A stretch of DNA of 62,395 nt from a virus (lineage: Duplodnaviria > Caudoviricetes): positions 1-62,395 of IMG/VR virus record IMGVR_UViG_3300036829_000406, one strand, 5' to 3'. The notes beneath the pieces are model-generated. The model was not told where the DNA came from. It searched no databases and saw only the letters and a list, made by a program, of their open reading frames with translations. Shown piece by piece: positions 17,753 to 28,400 of the stretch (position 1 is the first letter of the stretch; the number at the start of each line of letters is the position of its first letter). The position numbers and the translations under genes are program-made.

Positions 17753-18559
17753 CTACGGGCAGAACTGATACCCGGTGGACAGCACGTCGGCGGGCTGCGT
17801 GCAGCCGATGATCGACCACTGCTCGTTCAGCCCGTCGTTCTCCGGGTAGGCCAGCAGCGCGGTGCCCGGGCCGCCGTTCCCCTTGATGTCCAGCACATTC
17901 TGGACGTTCCCGGACCGGAACCCGTGAGACAGGGTGTCGTTGACCATGAGCAGCCCGGACGCCCCGGTGACCGGAGCCCATTCCTGCCAGGCGTTGGCGT
18001 GCCCGGCGGTAACCGCGTTCTCGACGGTGGTGTCGTTGCCCATCGTGAAGGTGCCGTTGGTGTTGCAGTTCCGCAGGACCGCGTTCCACCGGGCCGCGCC
18101 CTTGGGTCCGTTGTTCTCCGAGACGACGGACAGGCACAGGTCGGAGCTGTTCGCGGTGAATGTGGTGCCGGGCGCCGGCTGGGCGGTGAACCCGGGGATC
18201 TTGCCGTCGGGGGTGTACATGGCGACGTACCGGCCGAGGTTGCCGGGGCCGCCGCTGGTGGCACCGCCGACGGCGAAGACGGTGAAGTCCTCGCGGACGT
18301 TCGCCTGGGAGTCGGTCTGGACGCCGACGGGGCTGTTGTAGTAGTTGCCGCTGGCGGTGCCGGTGCCGAGGACAGCCATGTCGAGGGTGCCGTGGGCGGT
18401 GAACGCGGACTGGAGGCCGCCGCAGCCGATGGGGTCGGTGGTGGCGGAGGCGGTGTTGGTGCAGGTGAGGGTGGTGGCGTGCGCCGTGGTGGCGCCGGTG
18501 AGGGCAAGGCCGGCGGTGAGGATGGCGCCCGCTGCGAGCGCTGCAATGCGTCTGCTCAT
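17753..18559 (-). CDS. secreted protein, possible ricin-B/beta-trefoil-like lectin
   Basis: signal peptide ending AHA; AAGGAG RBS; QxW motifs (WQEW, EQW), 'LCLSV', 'VLDIKG'. Confidence 0.65.
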   Translation of the reverse strand: MSRRIAALAAGAILTAGLALTGATTAHATTLTCTNTASATTDPIGCGGLQSAFTAHGTLDMAVLGTGTASGNYYNSPVGVQTDSQANVREDFTVFAVGGATSGGPGNLGRYVAMYTPDGKIPGFTAQPAPGTTFTANSSDLCLSVVSENNGPKGAARWNAVLRNCNTNGTFTMGNDTTVENAVTAGHANAWQEWAPVTGASGLLMVNDTLSHGFRSGNVQNVLDIKGNGGPGTALLAYPENDGLNEQWSIIGCTQPADVLSTGYQFCP

Positions 18560-18695
18560 GGGCAGGCGTCTCCTTATGTCGTCAGATGAGGTCACCTTAC
18601 AGACGCGCAACCGGGCCGCGCGGATTACGGGCGCCCCGGCCCGTCTCCTGATAGCGGCATTTAAGCGCGGCTCTCCGCCTGGATGAAAGGTAAAT

Positions 18696-18788
18696 TGGAG
18701 CACAGAGGAAGACGCTGCGCGTGCTTACGACGCTGCTGCGCTGGCCGCGTGGGGCGACTACGCCTTCCTGAACTTCCCTCACGCCTGA
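18696..18788 (+). pseudogene. AP2 DNA-binding domain remnant
   Basis: frame reads WSTEEDAARAYDAAALAAWGDYAFLNFPHA*; in-frame stop just upstream, no start codon. Confidence 0.75.
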
Positions 18789-19312
18789 CCGAGCCACCGG
18801 TTCTGGATAAGCCACGCAGTCCAGTCGCCGGGGGTCACGTGCGCGTAATCCGCTGGGTCCGGCGCACTGAGGCCGGCCTTGTCGTAGGCGTATGCCGCCA
18901 GGCTGGAGCAGACGATCTCGCCGGGTGGCTTGCCGTCGACCCGTTCGGCCCATACATCCTTCAGGCCGAACGCCATCCCGGCGTCCTCGATGATCGCCTG
19001 CCAGGAGTATGGCGTGCCGAGCATCGCTTCCATGGTTTTGCACACGGCGGCACGCTGGACATCTGTCTTCGGCTGCATCCGGTTGGTGATGGTCCATGGC
19101 GATTCGAGGTAGGCCTTGGCGTCGCGCCAGCCGACGCCGCCGGGACGTCCCTCGATCAGCCACAGGACACCGTGGGCGTCGGTGTGGTGCGCTACTGCGA
19201 CGTGGTTCTGCAAGTTGGCGCGTCCGCGCAGGGCGGCGCCGAGCCGGATCATGGCCGAGGCGAGACCGCCGGTGCGGACCAGGATCACGTCGCCCGGCTG
19301 GACGTCTGTCAT
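18779..19312 (-). CDS. permuted papain-like NlpC/P60 (YiiX/YaeF-type) enzyme
   Basis: 'PGDVILV...NHVAV...IEG...LGTPYS...VCSSLAAYAY...VTPGD' (His before Cys). Confidence 0.75.
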   Translation of the reverse strand: MTDVQPGDVILVRTGGLASAMIRLGAALRGRANLQNHVAVAHHTDAHGVLWLIEGRPGGVGWRDAKAYLESPWTITNRMQPKTDVQRAAVCKTMEAMLGTPYSWQAIIEDAGMAFGLKDVWAERVDGKPPGEIVCSSLAAYAYDKAGLSAPDPADYAHVTPGDWTAWLIQNRWLGQA

Positions 19313-19316
19313 CGAC

Positions 19317-19838
19317 TCACGCTCCGCAGATCCGGCACGGCGTGAAGTTGGACGCCTGATGCTCGCATTCGTGTGCGAGCGCCGGCGGGTTCACGTCGCC
19401 TCGGAATGATGTCCGGCGGTCCAGGTCGGTGCCAACCTCGCGGATCAGGTACGGGTCATTCCCGGGCCCGTGACTGGGGGCGTACGGCTTCGCGGAATGC
19501 TCGCTGCCCGGCGAGTCGTGGATGGTGAAGAACTCCATGGCCTCGTGGCGCTCCACCAGCAGGATCTGATCGAACAGCCACCGCTGCCAGGACCGCACGT
19601 CGTATGCCGCTGGCGGGACAAGCATGTAATGGACGACGCTGCGCCGCTTGTCTTGGTCGTAGCTGTCCGCCGTGTGGATCGTGATGAGCAGGGTCAGGCC
19701 TCGGCTGTCCTGGCCCCGGTCAAGGTCCGCCAGCTCAAACGTCCAGCCGCGCCGGTACTCCAGGCGGTCCGCCAGGCCGGCCAGCGCGTCCGGGTACGGA
19801 GCCTCTTGGCGCATGATGCGCTCGCTTCCGGCCGTCAT
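19317..19838 (-). CDS. hypothetical protein
   Basis: ATGA overlap with the endolysin stop; 'VERHEAMEFF...PYAPSH'. Confidence 0.7.
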   Translation of the reverse strand: MTAGSERIMRQEAPYPDALAGLADRLEYRRGWTFELADLDRGQDSRGLTLLITIHTADSYDQDKRRSVVHYMLVPPAAYDVRSWQRWLFDQILLVERHEAMEFFTIHDSPGSEHSAKPYAPSHGPGNDPYLIREVGTDLDRRTSFRGDVNPPALAHECEHQASNFTPCRICGA

Positions 19839-20809
19839 GCGTTCGTGTGCCATGCCACCGTCGCCGCGCCGGCATCGACGCGGGTGAACGAGCAGCCGTT
19901 GCAGTCCGCCGGCGTCCCGACCGTGTAGGTGAGGGTGCCGTCGACGGTCAGGCGGCCAGCGTCGAAGGTGGCGCTGTTCAGGTGGGCGATCCGGAGCTCC
20001 ACGACCGGCGCCGTGGGCTGCTCGCCTTTCCAGTCGGAGTACAGCACGATCTGGCCGGCTGCGCCGGCTGGCCAGCTGCGGGACTCCCGGGTGCCCGGGG
20101 TGGTGCGGATGACTCCTGATGGCATGCCGTCCTCCTGTGATGCGGGTGCCCCGCCTGCGGCCGGGGCAGCCTGTGCGGGGCGGGGCCACTGGCCGAAGTC
20201 CGGTGCGGTGCCCTCGTGGATGTTGACGTCGGCGCCGGCCAGCGGCGCGGGCCCGGCCAGCTGGTACAGCACGGCGCGCGGGTCGCGGTGGCCGCCGGAC
20301 CAGGCGACGGTCTGCCAGGCCATGACCGCCAGGCCCGCGTCGAGGACCCGCTTGCAGGCCCAGTAGCCGCCGTAGACGCCGACCCGGTATGCCCGGCCGG
20401 CCAGCACCGTGATCGCGCGGAAGTAGTCCGCTGCGGGCCCGAGCTTGGCGGCCGCGTTAGCCGGGGTGTCCGGCAGGTGGGGTGCGTAGTCGGGCAGGTC
20501 GAAGTCGATGGCGAAGTAGACGGTGATCCCGTCGGGGGCGCCGAGGTCGGCCAGCTGGGTGATGGCGAGGCGGCCGTCCGCGCGGCCCTGCGCGGCGCCC
20601 TTGGTGACCGCGTCGGCGCCGTATTCGAAAGCGAGGAACACGGCGATCCCGGCGCCGGTCAGCTGCTCCGCCTCGGCCCTGGTGATGTTCTTGCCGATCG
20701 AGGAGAAGCCGGGCACCGAGTCCCAGCCGATGTACCGGCCGGCGGCGGTGACCCCGGCCGCTTTGAGTGTGGAGACGGGTGGCCGGATGGTCGAGTAGTC
20801 GACGATCAA
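19835..20809 (-). CDS. endolysin, DUF1906/GH25-like glycoside hydrolase
   Basis: 'RYIG...KNITRAE...FEY...YFAIDFD...GVYG...WQTVAWS...LYQ...DVN'; next to the holin. Confidence 0.85.
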   Translation of the reverse strand: MIVDYSTIRPPVSTLKAAGVTAAGRYIGWDSVPGFSSIGKNITRAEAEQLTGAGIAVFLAFEYGADAVTKGAAQGRADGRLAITQLADLGAPDGITVYFAIDFDLPDYAPHLPDTPANAAAKLGPAADYFRAITVLAGRAYRVGVYGGYWACKRVLDAGLAVMAWQTVAWSGGHRDPRAVLYQLAGPAPLAGADVNIHEGTAPDFGQWPRPAQAAPAAGGAPASQEDGMPSGVIRTTPGTRESRSWPAGAAGQIVLYSDWKGEQPTAPVVELRIAHLNSATFDAGRLTVDGTLTYTVGTPADCNGCSFTRVDAGAATVAWHTNA

Positions 20810-20979
20810 TGCGTGCCTCCTGATGGCTGGGGCTGCGTGCGGTATCCCGGGGCGGCCGGGTGCCAGCTGTCCCGGCAGTCGGCGCACATGGCGGCGGCGT
20901 CGAGGTCGGCGAACCGGCCGCAGCGGTGGCAGTAGGCCATGGGCGGGGTTTGGTAGGCGGCCCTGCCGCACCGGGTCAC
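20806..20979 (-). CDS. small Zn-finger protein (57 aa; not in ORF track)
   Basis: CHRC...CADC; overlaps the holin stop and the endolysin start. Confidence 0.55.
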   Translation of the reverse strand: MTRCGRAAYQTPPMAYCHRCGRFADLDAAAMCADCRDSWHPAAPGYRTQPQPSGGTH

Positions 20980-21242
20980 TCCGGCGCGGCAGGAGGGGGC
21001 AGCGTCTCAGCTGCAGGCGCTGCGGGGGCTGCAGGCTGAACAGCGGCCGGCCGGGGGGTGTGCCTGGCGAAGTATCCGGCGGTGAAGGTGACCGCGGACG
21101 GCACGATCACGTAAATCCAGGAGGCGACCACGTCGGGTACCGACCCGCGGAACACGTACCGGCCCAGGGCCCACAGGGCAAGCCCGGACACCGCTGCGGC
21201 GGCCGTGGACGCCTGCACCTTGCGTTCGACGGGTGCGGTCAT
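20976..21242 (-). CDS. holin
   Basis: two TM helices, 'VERKV.AST...TFTAGY.A.HTPR' actinophage holin pattern. Confidence 0.75.
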   Translation of the reverse strand: MTAPVERKVQASTAAAAVSGLALWALGRYVFRGSVPDVVASWIYVIVPSAVTFTAGYFARHTPRPAAVQPAAPAAPAAETLPPPAAPE

Positions 21243-21251
21243 GACGGCCTC

Positions 21252-21620
21252 CTAGCTGATGGGCAGGTGGTAGAACTTCGCCCATTTCGCGAATGACGGG
21301 TCGGCCGGGGGCAGCTTCCCGCAGTCCTGCCCGGCGTATGCCGCGCGTGATTCGGCGATGATCGAGATGCCGAGGCTGGACGGCCTGCCGGTCTGCTGGG
21401 CGATCGTGACTGGCAGGGGCGCCAGGGTGCGCCAGAACCGGCAGGAGGCGCTGAGTCTGCCGTTCTGCTGGGCGTACAGGACGGCGAGGGTGATCACGGC
21501 GGCGCACAGGACGGCGATGACACCGGCGGCGGTCAGCCACCTGGTCCGCTGGTAGTCCCGCAGTGATGCGCGGATCAGCTTGTCGACGTCGGCGACCGGC
21601 CGTGGGCTGGTGCCGTCCAT
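21252..21620 (-). CDS. membrane protein of the lysis cassette
   Basis: single TM plus Cys pair. Confidence 0.6.
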   Translation of the reverse strand: MDGTSPRPVADVDKLIRASLRDYQRTRWLTAAGVIAVLCAAVITLAVLYAQQNGRLSASCRFWRTLAPLPVTIAQQTGRPSSLGISIIAESRAAYAGQDCGKLPPADPSFAKWAKFYHLPIS

Positions 21621-21991
21621 CAGGGGGTCTCGAGCATCTGGTGCACCTGCTTGACCTCGGTCCTGGTCTCGCCTATGAGCTGCAGCGCTTCGCTGATCTT
21701 GGTTTCGAGGATTTCCCATGCCGCGCGGCCGGTGAGGGCGTCCTGGAGCACGGTGACTTTGCCGTCGAGTTCGGCGATCCTGCGGTCTTTGGTGGCGGCG
21801 TCGGCTTGGAGGTCGGCGATGAGCGCGTCCTGGGCTCGGGATTTCCCTTCCCAGGCGCGGGCGGTTTCGCGGTACTGGGTGAGCGCGGATCCGGAGCGTG
21901 AGGCTCGCCAGGATCCGGCGATGCCGACGACGGCGAAGGCGAAGGAGATGAATGTGAGGATGGCCAGGAACGTGCTGGTATCGATGTGCAC
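21620..21991 (-). CDS. membrane/coiled-coil protein of the lysis cassette
   Basis: N-terminal TM then heptad-rich region. Confidence 0.65.
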   Translation of the reverse strand: MHIDTSTFLAILTFISFAFAVVGIAGSWRASRSGSALTQYRETARAWEGKSRAQDALIADLQADAATKDRRIAELDGKVTVLQDALTGRAAWEILETKISEALQLIGETRTEVKQVHQMLETP

Positions 21992-22039
21992 CTGTCCCCC
22001 CCGCTGATCAGGTCATCCCGTGGCCGTCCCTGGCCTCTG

Positions 22040-22369
22040 TCAGCCGATTTGCCCTCCCCATACCTGCGAAAGCTCTTCGTCGAAGTTGAATTCGCTGGCC
22101 TGTGCGGCGGTGCCGAAGTAGACGGCGGCGACGGTGTTGAGGTAGCCGATCATGTTGAGCGCGTACTGGGCGTCGCTGATCCCGCCCGGGTTGGCCTGGT
22201 TGGCGTCCGGGCTGTACCCGATGGATTCCAGGTAGGCCAGCCCGGTGGCCTGCCCGTTGACGGCGAGGTTCAGGTTGGCGATCTGCCGCATGATGTTGCG
22301 GAGGTTCACGGCCAGGTTCGTGATCACGTTGTCGACCTGGCTGCTGCCGATGGCGGCACCGACTGGCAT
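22040..22369 (-). CDS. putative minor tail/accessory protein
   Basis: abuts the tail protein gene. Confidence 0.6.
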   Translation of the reverse strand: MPVGAAIGSSQVDNVITNLAVNLRNIMRQIANLNLAVNGQATGLAYLESIGYSPDANQANPGGISDAQYALNMIGYLNTVAAVYFGTAAQASEFNFDEELSQVWGGQIG

Positions 22370-25300
22370 CTAGTCTCTCCTTGTCAGCTTGGTCCGGTAG
22401 GTGGTCAGCTGCTGGCTGCCGGAACCGGTGCCCGTGGCGACGGTCCACCGGGCCTTGACCTGGAAGGTGTGATTTGCCGTCCAGTCGACGGCGACGCCGG
22501 TCGCGATCGCGTTCAGGGTCGTGCTGTCCCCGCTGGTCTTGTTCGCAGACCAGGAGATTGATCCGTCCGAGTTGACGGCGGCTGTGCCGGACGCCCCGGC
22601 CGCAGTGACCGAGATGAAGAACCGCAGCGTGTAGGCGAAGAACGTGCCGAGCTGCCAGAAGGTGGCCCCGATGGTAGGGGACGCCCCCATGGAGACGCCA
22701 TCCATCAGCAGGTCGAAGACCAGCTGGCTGGTGGTGATCCCGCCGCTGGCCGCCGGGCTGCCGTTCCCGGAGATCTCGATCTCGAACTCGCTGGACAGCG
22801 CGGCCTCGCTGGCCAGGTAGCCCAGGGGTGCCGCGATGTTCGTCAGCGTGGCCGTGTTCCCGACGGTGAACTGGGAGACGTTGACGGTGCTGCGTTCGAT
22901 GATCGAGTCGGCCCCGGCCGCCGACAGGTACCGTGGCCGGCCGCCGGTGCTGGAGTAGATCACGCTGGCCGCCGACACCGCGGTCGGCCCGGACGCCTGG
23001 TTGTCCAGGACCAGGCCGCCGGATTTGATCTCCAGGCCCTGGGCGTAAGGGTTGCCGGAGCCGTCCGTGCCGGACGACCCGGACCAGGACCCGATCAGGT
23101 TCCCCGACGCCGGGACCCCCGAGTAGACCAGGATCTCCCCGGCCGTGCCGTCCGCGACGATCGTCGCACCCGTGATGGTGGTGCCGTTCACGATGCCGGC
23201 CACGACGATGCCCGCGGCGAGCAGCGCGGCGGTGATCGTCCCCCCGGCGATGTTGGACGCGACGATGGTGGACGCGGCGATCGACGCGGCAGTGATCGAC
23301 GCGGCCTGGATGGCAGCGGTGCCGTCGAACTTGAACGGCACCCACGTGGTGCCGTTCCACTGGCTGATCAGCCCGGTCGCCGACGCGATCCAGATGTCGC
23401 CGGTGTTCGGGGTGGCCGGGGCGCTGGCCGAGATGGTGACCGCGCTGCCGCCCAGGGTGTGGATGGTGATGCCCTCGTTCAGCATCGCCGGGGTGATCGA
23501 CCCGTTGACGATGACCCCGCCGAGGCCCCCCGCGCCGGGGGCCGTCGAGGTGACCGCCCCGGACCCGGGCAGCTGCGCTGTCTGCACCGTGCCGGGCGAG
23601 AACCCGGTCTCGTACGGGGATTCGGGGACGGCGTTATAGGCGACGTCCCACTGGTTGACGCCGATCGTCTCGCTGTACCCGAACGTCAGCTGCCTGATCG
23701 TGGAGGCGGTCAGGAACGACGGCGGGGACGTGATCTGCAGGTAATCCCCGGGCCGCAGCCCCGGGATGACGGCGAACAGCGCGGCGGCGGCGGCCTTGGC
23801 CAGCCGGATCGTGATGACGGGGAACCGGACCTCGTCCACGCTGCCGACGTTCAGCAGCCACGTCGCGATCCCCGCAACCTGGGAGTCGGCGGCGGCGTTG
23901 ACGGACCGGGTGTAGGCGTAGCCGTTGCCGATGCCGGACGGCGGGTTGAGGATGGACATGGTCCCGGCGGTCAGGATGGCCTGCTGGGTGTATCCGGTCC
24001 AGTTGGTGATGGTGACGTTGTTGCGGGTCAGCTGGTCGTCGTAGACGGGTGCGAGGCTGGGGTCCAGGATCGCGGCCGGGTAGGAGATCGTCGCGGCGGC
24101 GGACTGGTTCGCCATCGAGGTCAGGGTGCGGTAGCCGAGCCCGAACTGGGTCCGCGACTCAAACAGCAGCCCCATGTCGGTGTCCTCGATGGACTGCAGG
24201 ACGCCGGTGAGGGTGTCGTCGACCTGGGGTCCCATCGCCGCCGACGTCGATGAGGTGCCGATCGTCTCGGCTGTGATGCCCATCTCGCCGCAGATCCGGG
24301 TGAACCGGTCCAGGGCGAACTCGCCCACATACCCGCCGAGGGCGCTGGCGGCGGCGACCATGGACGGGACCGCGCCGTAGGTGACGGACAGGTGCCCGAC
24401 GGCGGTGTCCATCAGGACGTTGGCCCGGCCCAGCACGACCTTGCTGATGGCCCCGGCCGATGCGCTGGTCAGGGTGCCGGTCAGGGATTCGGTGATCCCG
24501 GTTGCGCCCGGGGTGATGATGCGGAACGCGAACGCCACGTTCGACCCGGATGGGGTCAGCTCGCAGGACGCCAGGACGGGTTTGCCGTGGACGTTCGTGG
24601 TGGTGGTCCCCGACGCGATCACGGTGCCGCCGGAGTTGCGGAGGTTTATTGTCAGCGTTCCGGCCGGGAGCAGGTACACCTCGAATTTGGCGACGGTCCC
24701 GGCCGAGTCGATCTCGGAGATGTTCCAGTTCGTGGTGCCGGAGGCGCTGTCGCCGGCGGTGGGGACGGAGATCAGGAACCGGGTGACGTTGTTGGTGGCG
24801 GTGCCGCCGGCCGGGACGGTCGCGGTGATCGCCGCGGCGTTCAGCTGCGGGATCCCGTCGGAGCCTTTGAAGTCCGTGCATGCGGCGAGGGACAGGCCGG
24901 CCTGCCCGGTGGTGAACGACTGGACGGCGTTCCCTGTCCCGGCGACCGAGTCGTAGGAGACGAGCTGCCCGGATCCGGTGCCGTCTTCCATCGGCCAGTA
25001 GGCGCGGGGGGCGCTGGTCCCGGTCAGGGTGATCGCGTTGTACCGGGTGAACGCCGATCCGAGGGTCGTTTCCAGCTGCGACATGCGCCGCCAGATCCCG
25101 GCCGCGGTGATGTCGCACCACACGTCGCGGCTGGAGACGTCCCACGTCGGCGGCCACGACGTGACCTCACCCCAGAACCGGTATCCGCTGTAGGCCACGG
25201 CCGTCACCGACGTGGCGTTTACGCTGACGCGGATCTGCACGTTCCGGGTGATGTACGGGTAGTTGGCTCCGGCCGTGTTTTTCGGGGTGAAGTTCCCGCC

Positions 25301-25489
25301 GCGGTTGTTGATGGTCAGGGTCAGCTGGGCGGCCTGCAGCGTGGAGGTCCAGTCGGCCCGGCCCGCGTCCGTGATCTGCACGGGGTTCCGCAGCCGGACC
25401 TGGCTGGTGATATCGGTCCAGACGGAATTGAGCAGGAGCTCGACCTTGACGCCGAGGGCATTGGAGCCGGTCCCGGGGAAGGTGGCCAC
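22370..25489 (-). CDS. minor tail/baseplate protein (LamG-like middle region)
   Basis: follows the TMP; 'WTDITS.VR...LTINNR.G.FTP', 'AYWPMED'. Confidence 0.8.
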   Translation of the reverse strand: MATFPGTGSNALGVKVELLLNSVWTDITSQVRLRNPVQITDAGRADWTSTLQAAQLTLTINNRGGNFTPKNTAGANYPYITRNVQIRVSVNATSVTAVAYSGYRFWGEVTSWPPTWDVSSRDVWCDITAAGIWRRMSQLETTLGSAFTRYNAITLTGTSAPRAYWPMEDGTGSGQLVSYDSVAGTGNAVQSFTTGQAGLSLAACTDFKGSDGIPQLNAAAITATVPAGGTATNNVTRFLISVPTAGDSASGTTNWNISEIDSAGTVAKFEVYLLPAGTLTINLRNSGGTVIASGTTTTNVHGKPVLASCELTPSGSNVAFAFRIITPGATGITESLTGTLTSASAGAISKVVLGRANVLMDTAVGHLSVTYGAVPSMVAAASALGGYVGEFALDRFTRICGEMGITAETIGTSSTSAAMGPQVDDTLTGVLQSIEDTDMGLLFESRTQFGLGYRTLTSMANQSAAATISYPAAILDPSLAPVYDDQLTRNNVTITNWTGYTQQAILTAGTMSILNPPSGIGNGYAYTRSVNAAADSQVAGIATWLLNVGSVDEVRFPVITIRLAKAAAAALFAVIPGLRPGDYLQITSPPSFLTASTIRQLTFGYSETIGVNQWDVAYNAVPESPYETGFSPGTVQTAQLPGSGAVTSTAPGAGGLGGVIVNGSITPAMLNEGITIHTLGGSAVTISASAPATPNTGDIWIASATGLISQWNGTTWVPFKFDGTAAIQAASITAASIAASTIVASNIAGGTITAALLAAGIVVAGIVNGTTITGATIVADGTAGEILVYSGVPASGNLIGSWSGSSGTDGSGNPYAQGLEIKSGGLVLDNQASGPTAVSAASVIYSSTGGRPRYLSAAGADSIIERSTVNVSQFTVGNTATLTNIAAPLGYLASEAALSSEFEIEISGNGSPAASGGITTSQLVFDLLMDGVSMGASPTIGATFWQLGTFFAYTLRFFISVTAAGASGTAAVNSDGSISWSANKTSGDSTTLNAIATGVAVDWTANHTFQVKARWTVATGTGSGSQQLTTYRTKLTRRD

Positions 25490-25490
25490 G

Positions 25491-28400
25491 TCAGTGCGTC
25501 CCGAACGCCCGCTGCACGTCGCCGCCGCCCTTGATCTTGACGTGCTTGCGGACCCACTGCACCATGAGGCTGTCGAAGGCGCTGCTCCCGGTGCCGTCGA
25601 TCTCCAGGGCGACGTTCACGCCGCCGCGGCCGCCGCCTCGGGCCGGGGTGACCTGCTCGGGCCGGCCGGTGCCGTTGTAGGCCATGGTGACCCCTGGCCG
25701 CAGCCAGCCGCCCTGGTCGTAGCTGACCAGGGCGCCGCGGGCGGCGCCGGTGAACGGCCCCAGCGCGGACGCCAGGACCGCGCCGAGGTTGTTTGCGACG
25801 TCACCGCCGTACGTGTGGGTGATCGCCGGGAGCGCCGCCGCGGCCGCCTTCGCCGCCGCGGCTTTCGTGGCCGCCGCCTGCTGCGTCCCGGTCAGGCCGA
25901 GCATCGCCGAGATTTTCCCGATGGTGGCCTTCTGCGTGGCGATCTCCTTCTTCCAGGCGGTGACGTTCTTCGCCAGTGACTTCGTGGACCCGGCCGCGTG
26001 GATCGACGCGGTGAGGTGGGTGTCGGAGGTGCCGAGCATGGTCCGCCAGGACCGTTCGGTGGCCCGTTCTGAGGTCAGCGCGGCCACCCGCTTCTTCTCG
26101 TCCGCCGCGGCTGCCGTGTAATGCCGGTGCTGGGCCGCGGTCAGGCCGGGTGAGCCGGCCAGGACGGCGGCGCGGTGCTGCGCCGCGGTCATCGCGTCGA
26201 TCTGCGGGTTCACCGGGATCGGTCCCCAGGCGGCGCCGAACCCGCCGCCGCGGCGGGACTGCCACGCCTTCAGGTAGGCCGCGCCCCGCGCCGGGACGGT
26301 CCCGCCGGAGGCGAACCCGGGGATCAGGCCGCCGCGGGCATACCAGTGGTCGGCTATCTCGTGCGCCTCAGCGCCGGCTGGGCTGCCGTACCGTCCCTTG
26401 ATATAGGACAGGCCCCAGTTGATCTGCGCGGCGGCTGAGCTGGTGGGCGGGTTCGCCGCGGCGCCCATCTTGGAGGCGGGCAGCGCCTGCGGGATGCCGT
26501 ACGCGCCGGAGGACGGGTTCAGCGCGAACCGGTTCCAGCCGGACTCCTGGTTCCACAGCTCGATCAGGTCGGCCATCTGGTCGATGGACCAGCCGTACGC
26601 GCCGAGCCGGGACCTGGCGTACGCCTGCGCGGCGAGGGCATCGGCCGACACCGGGCCGCCCAGGCCGCCGGGCGCGCCGATCCCGGCCGAGGCGGCCGCT
26701 GCGGCGGCGTTCTTGGCCGCGACGAGTTTCCTGGCCGCGGCCATGGCCTCGGTGACGCCTGCGGTGACGGCTTCCTTGGAGTCGTTCCCGGCGAACGCCG
26801 CGGCGGCGGGGACCGCGCCGGCTATCGAGTTCTCCAGGCCGACGAGGCCGCCCGCGGCGAACCCGGGGATCTTGCCGCGCAGATGATCGACCGCGCCAGC
26901 CCGGACCATGCCCGCGGGCACGATCAGCTCACCCCTGGACACCCGGGCCAGCACATCATCGGCGGTCGGTCCGGAGCCCGCGTTGACGTAGGCGCCCTGG
27001 GCGGCGTGGAACCGGATATTGCCCGACCCTGTCGCCCAGCCCGAGCCCTGGATCGAGATGGTCCCGGACCCCTGGGCTTCCACGACGGTGGTGACGGTCT
27101 TGCCGTGCATGGCGTTGATCGAGGCCTGCAGCTGGTCGACCAGCCCCTTGGCCTTAGTCGCGGACACCCCGGCGGTTTCCAGGTCGGTGATCAGCTGCTG
27201 CCGGGCGCCGTGGCTGGCCGCCGATTTGGTGCCGGTGTTGACGATGCTGTCGACGAGATCGTCGACGTCGCTGCGGACCTTCGGGGTGTTGGCGTGCATG
27301 GATGCCAGCTGGGGCAGCAGGTTCGCCTGGATCGCTGCGGCGCTGGCTTTCGTCGCCTTCGTCCACCCGTCTGTGCTGGTGGCCACCGCGTCGGCGGCGG
27401 CTTTCATCCCCGTGAGCTGCCTGGTCTCCTCGGTGTTCAGCGGCCCGGACTTCTGCAGCGCCGAGATCTGGCTGAGCAGGTCGTTATAGATCGTCCTGGC
27501 GGGGGTGTGCGCGGACTGCAGCGCGGTGACCATCTGCCCGATAGAGGTGACGGCGGACTCGAACCCGAGCTTGGCGGTGAGGGAACCGGCGCCGGCCTGC
27601 TTGACGTCTGTGGCGAAGGTGGCCACGGCCTGCCGCGCGTTCAGCACCGCGGTCTCGGACGAGGCGAAGTTCCCGACCAGGATGTTCCACGCGTCGGTCA
27701 GTGCGGTGGTCTGGTTCGCCGCGGTCGCCGTGTCGCTGCCCAGGATCTGCACGTCGGCGGTGAGGCTGGTGGTGGATGGCTTCGCGTTCTGCTGGGCGGT
27801 GGCGAGCTTGGCTGTGGCGGCGGCGGCTTTGCCGGTGCTGCCGGGGATGGCGTCCATCGCCGACTTGTAGGAGCCTGCCAGGACACCGCCGGGCTTCATG
27901 AAGGCCGATACGTTCGCCACGGCCCGGGACAGCAGCCCGAGTACCCCGGTGTTGGTGCCGACAGAGGCGCTGACCTGGTTGTTGCTCTTGCCGAAGTTCA
28001 CGACGGCGCTGGTTGCTGAGGTGAAGTTGGTGACCAGGCTGAGCATCTGCTCCGCGACGGGCTGGAGGTCTTCCAGGACCCCGGGGAGCACGTTCAGCAG
28101 GGAGGTGAACGCGGTCCCGAGCATCGTGACGTCCGGGCCGGCGGTGGTCGCCATGAACGTGAAGAACTGCTGCCACTGGGTGGTTTTCAGGTCGGCGCCC
28201 AGGTCGGCGAGGACCCCGTCGAGGGCCTTGCTCGCGGATTGCGCGACTGGCGCGGCGCCGGCCAGGAGTGTTTTGGCGATGCCCAGGCCGCTGTTGAACG
28301 CGGAGAACACCTCGGGCTGCAGCGACTTGGTGAAGCTGCTGTAGCTGCCCTGCAGGCCGAGGAGCCCCTTGGCGACCTGCTGCTGCTCGGGGTTCAGGCC

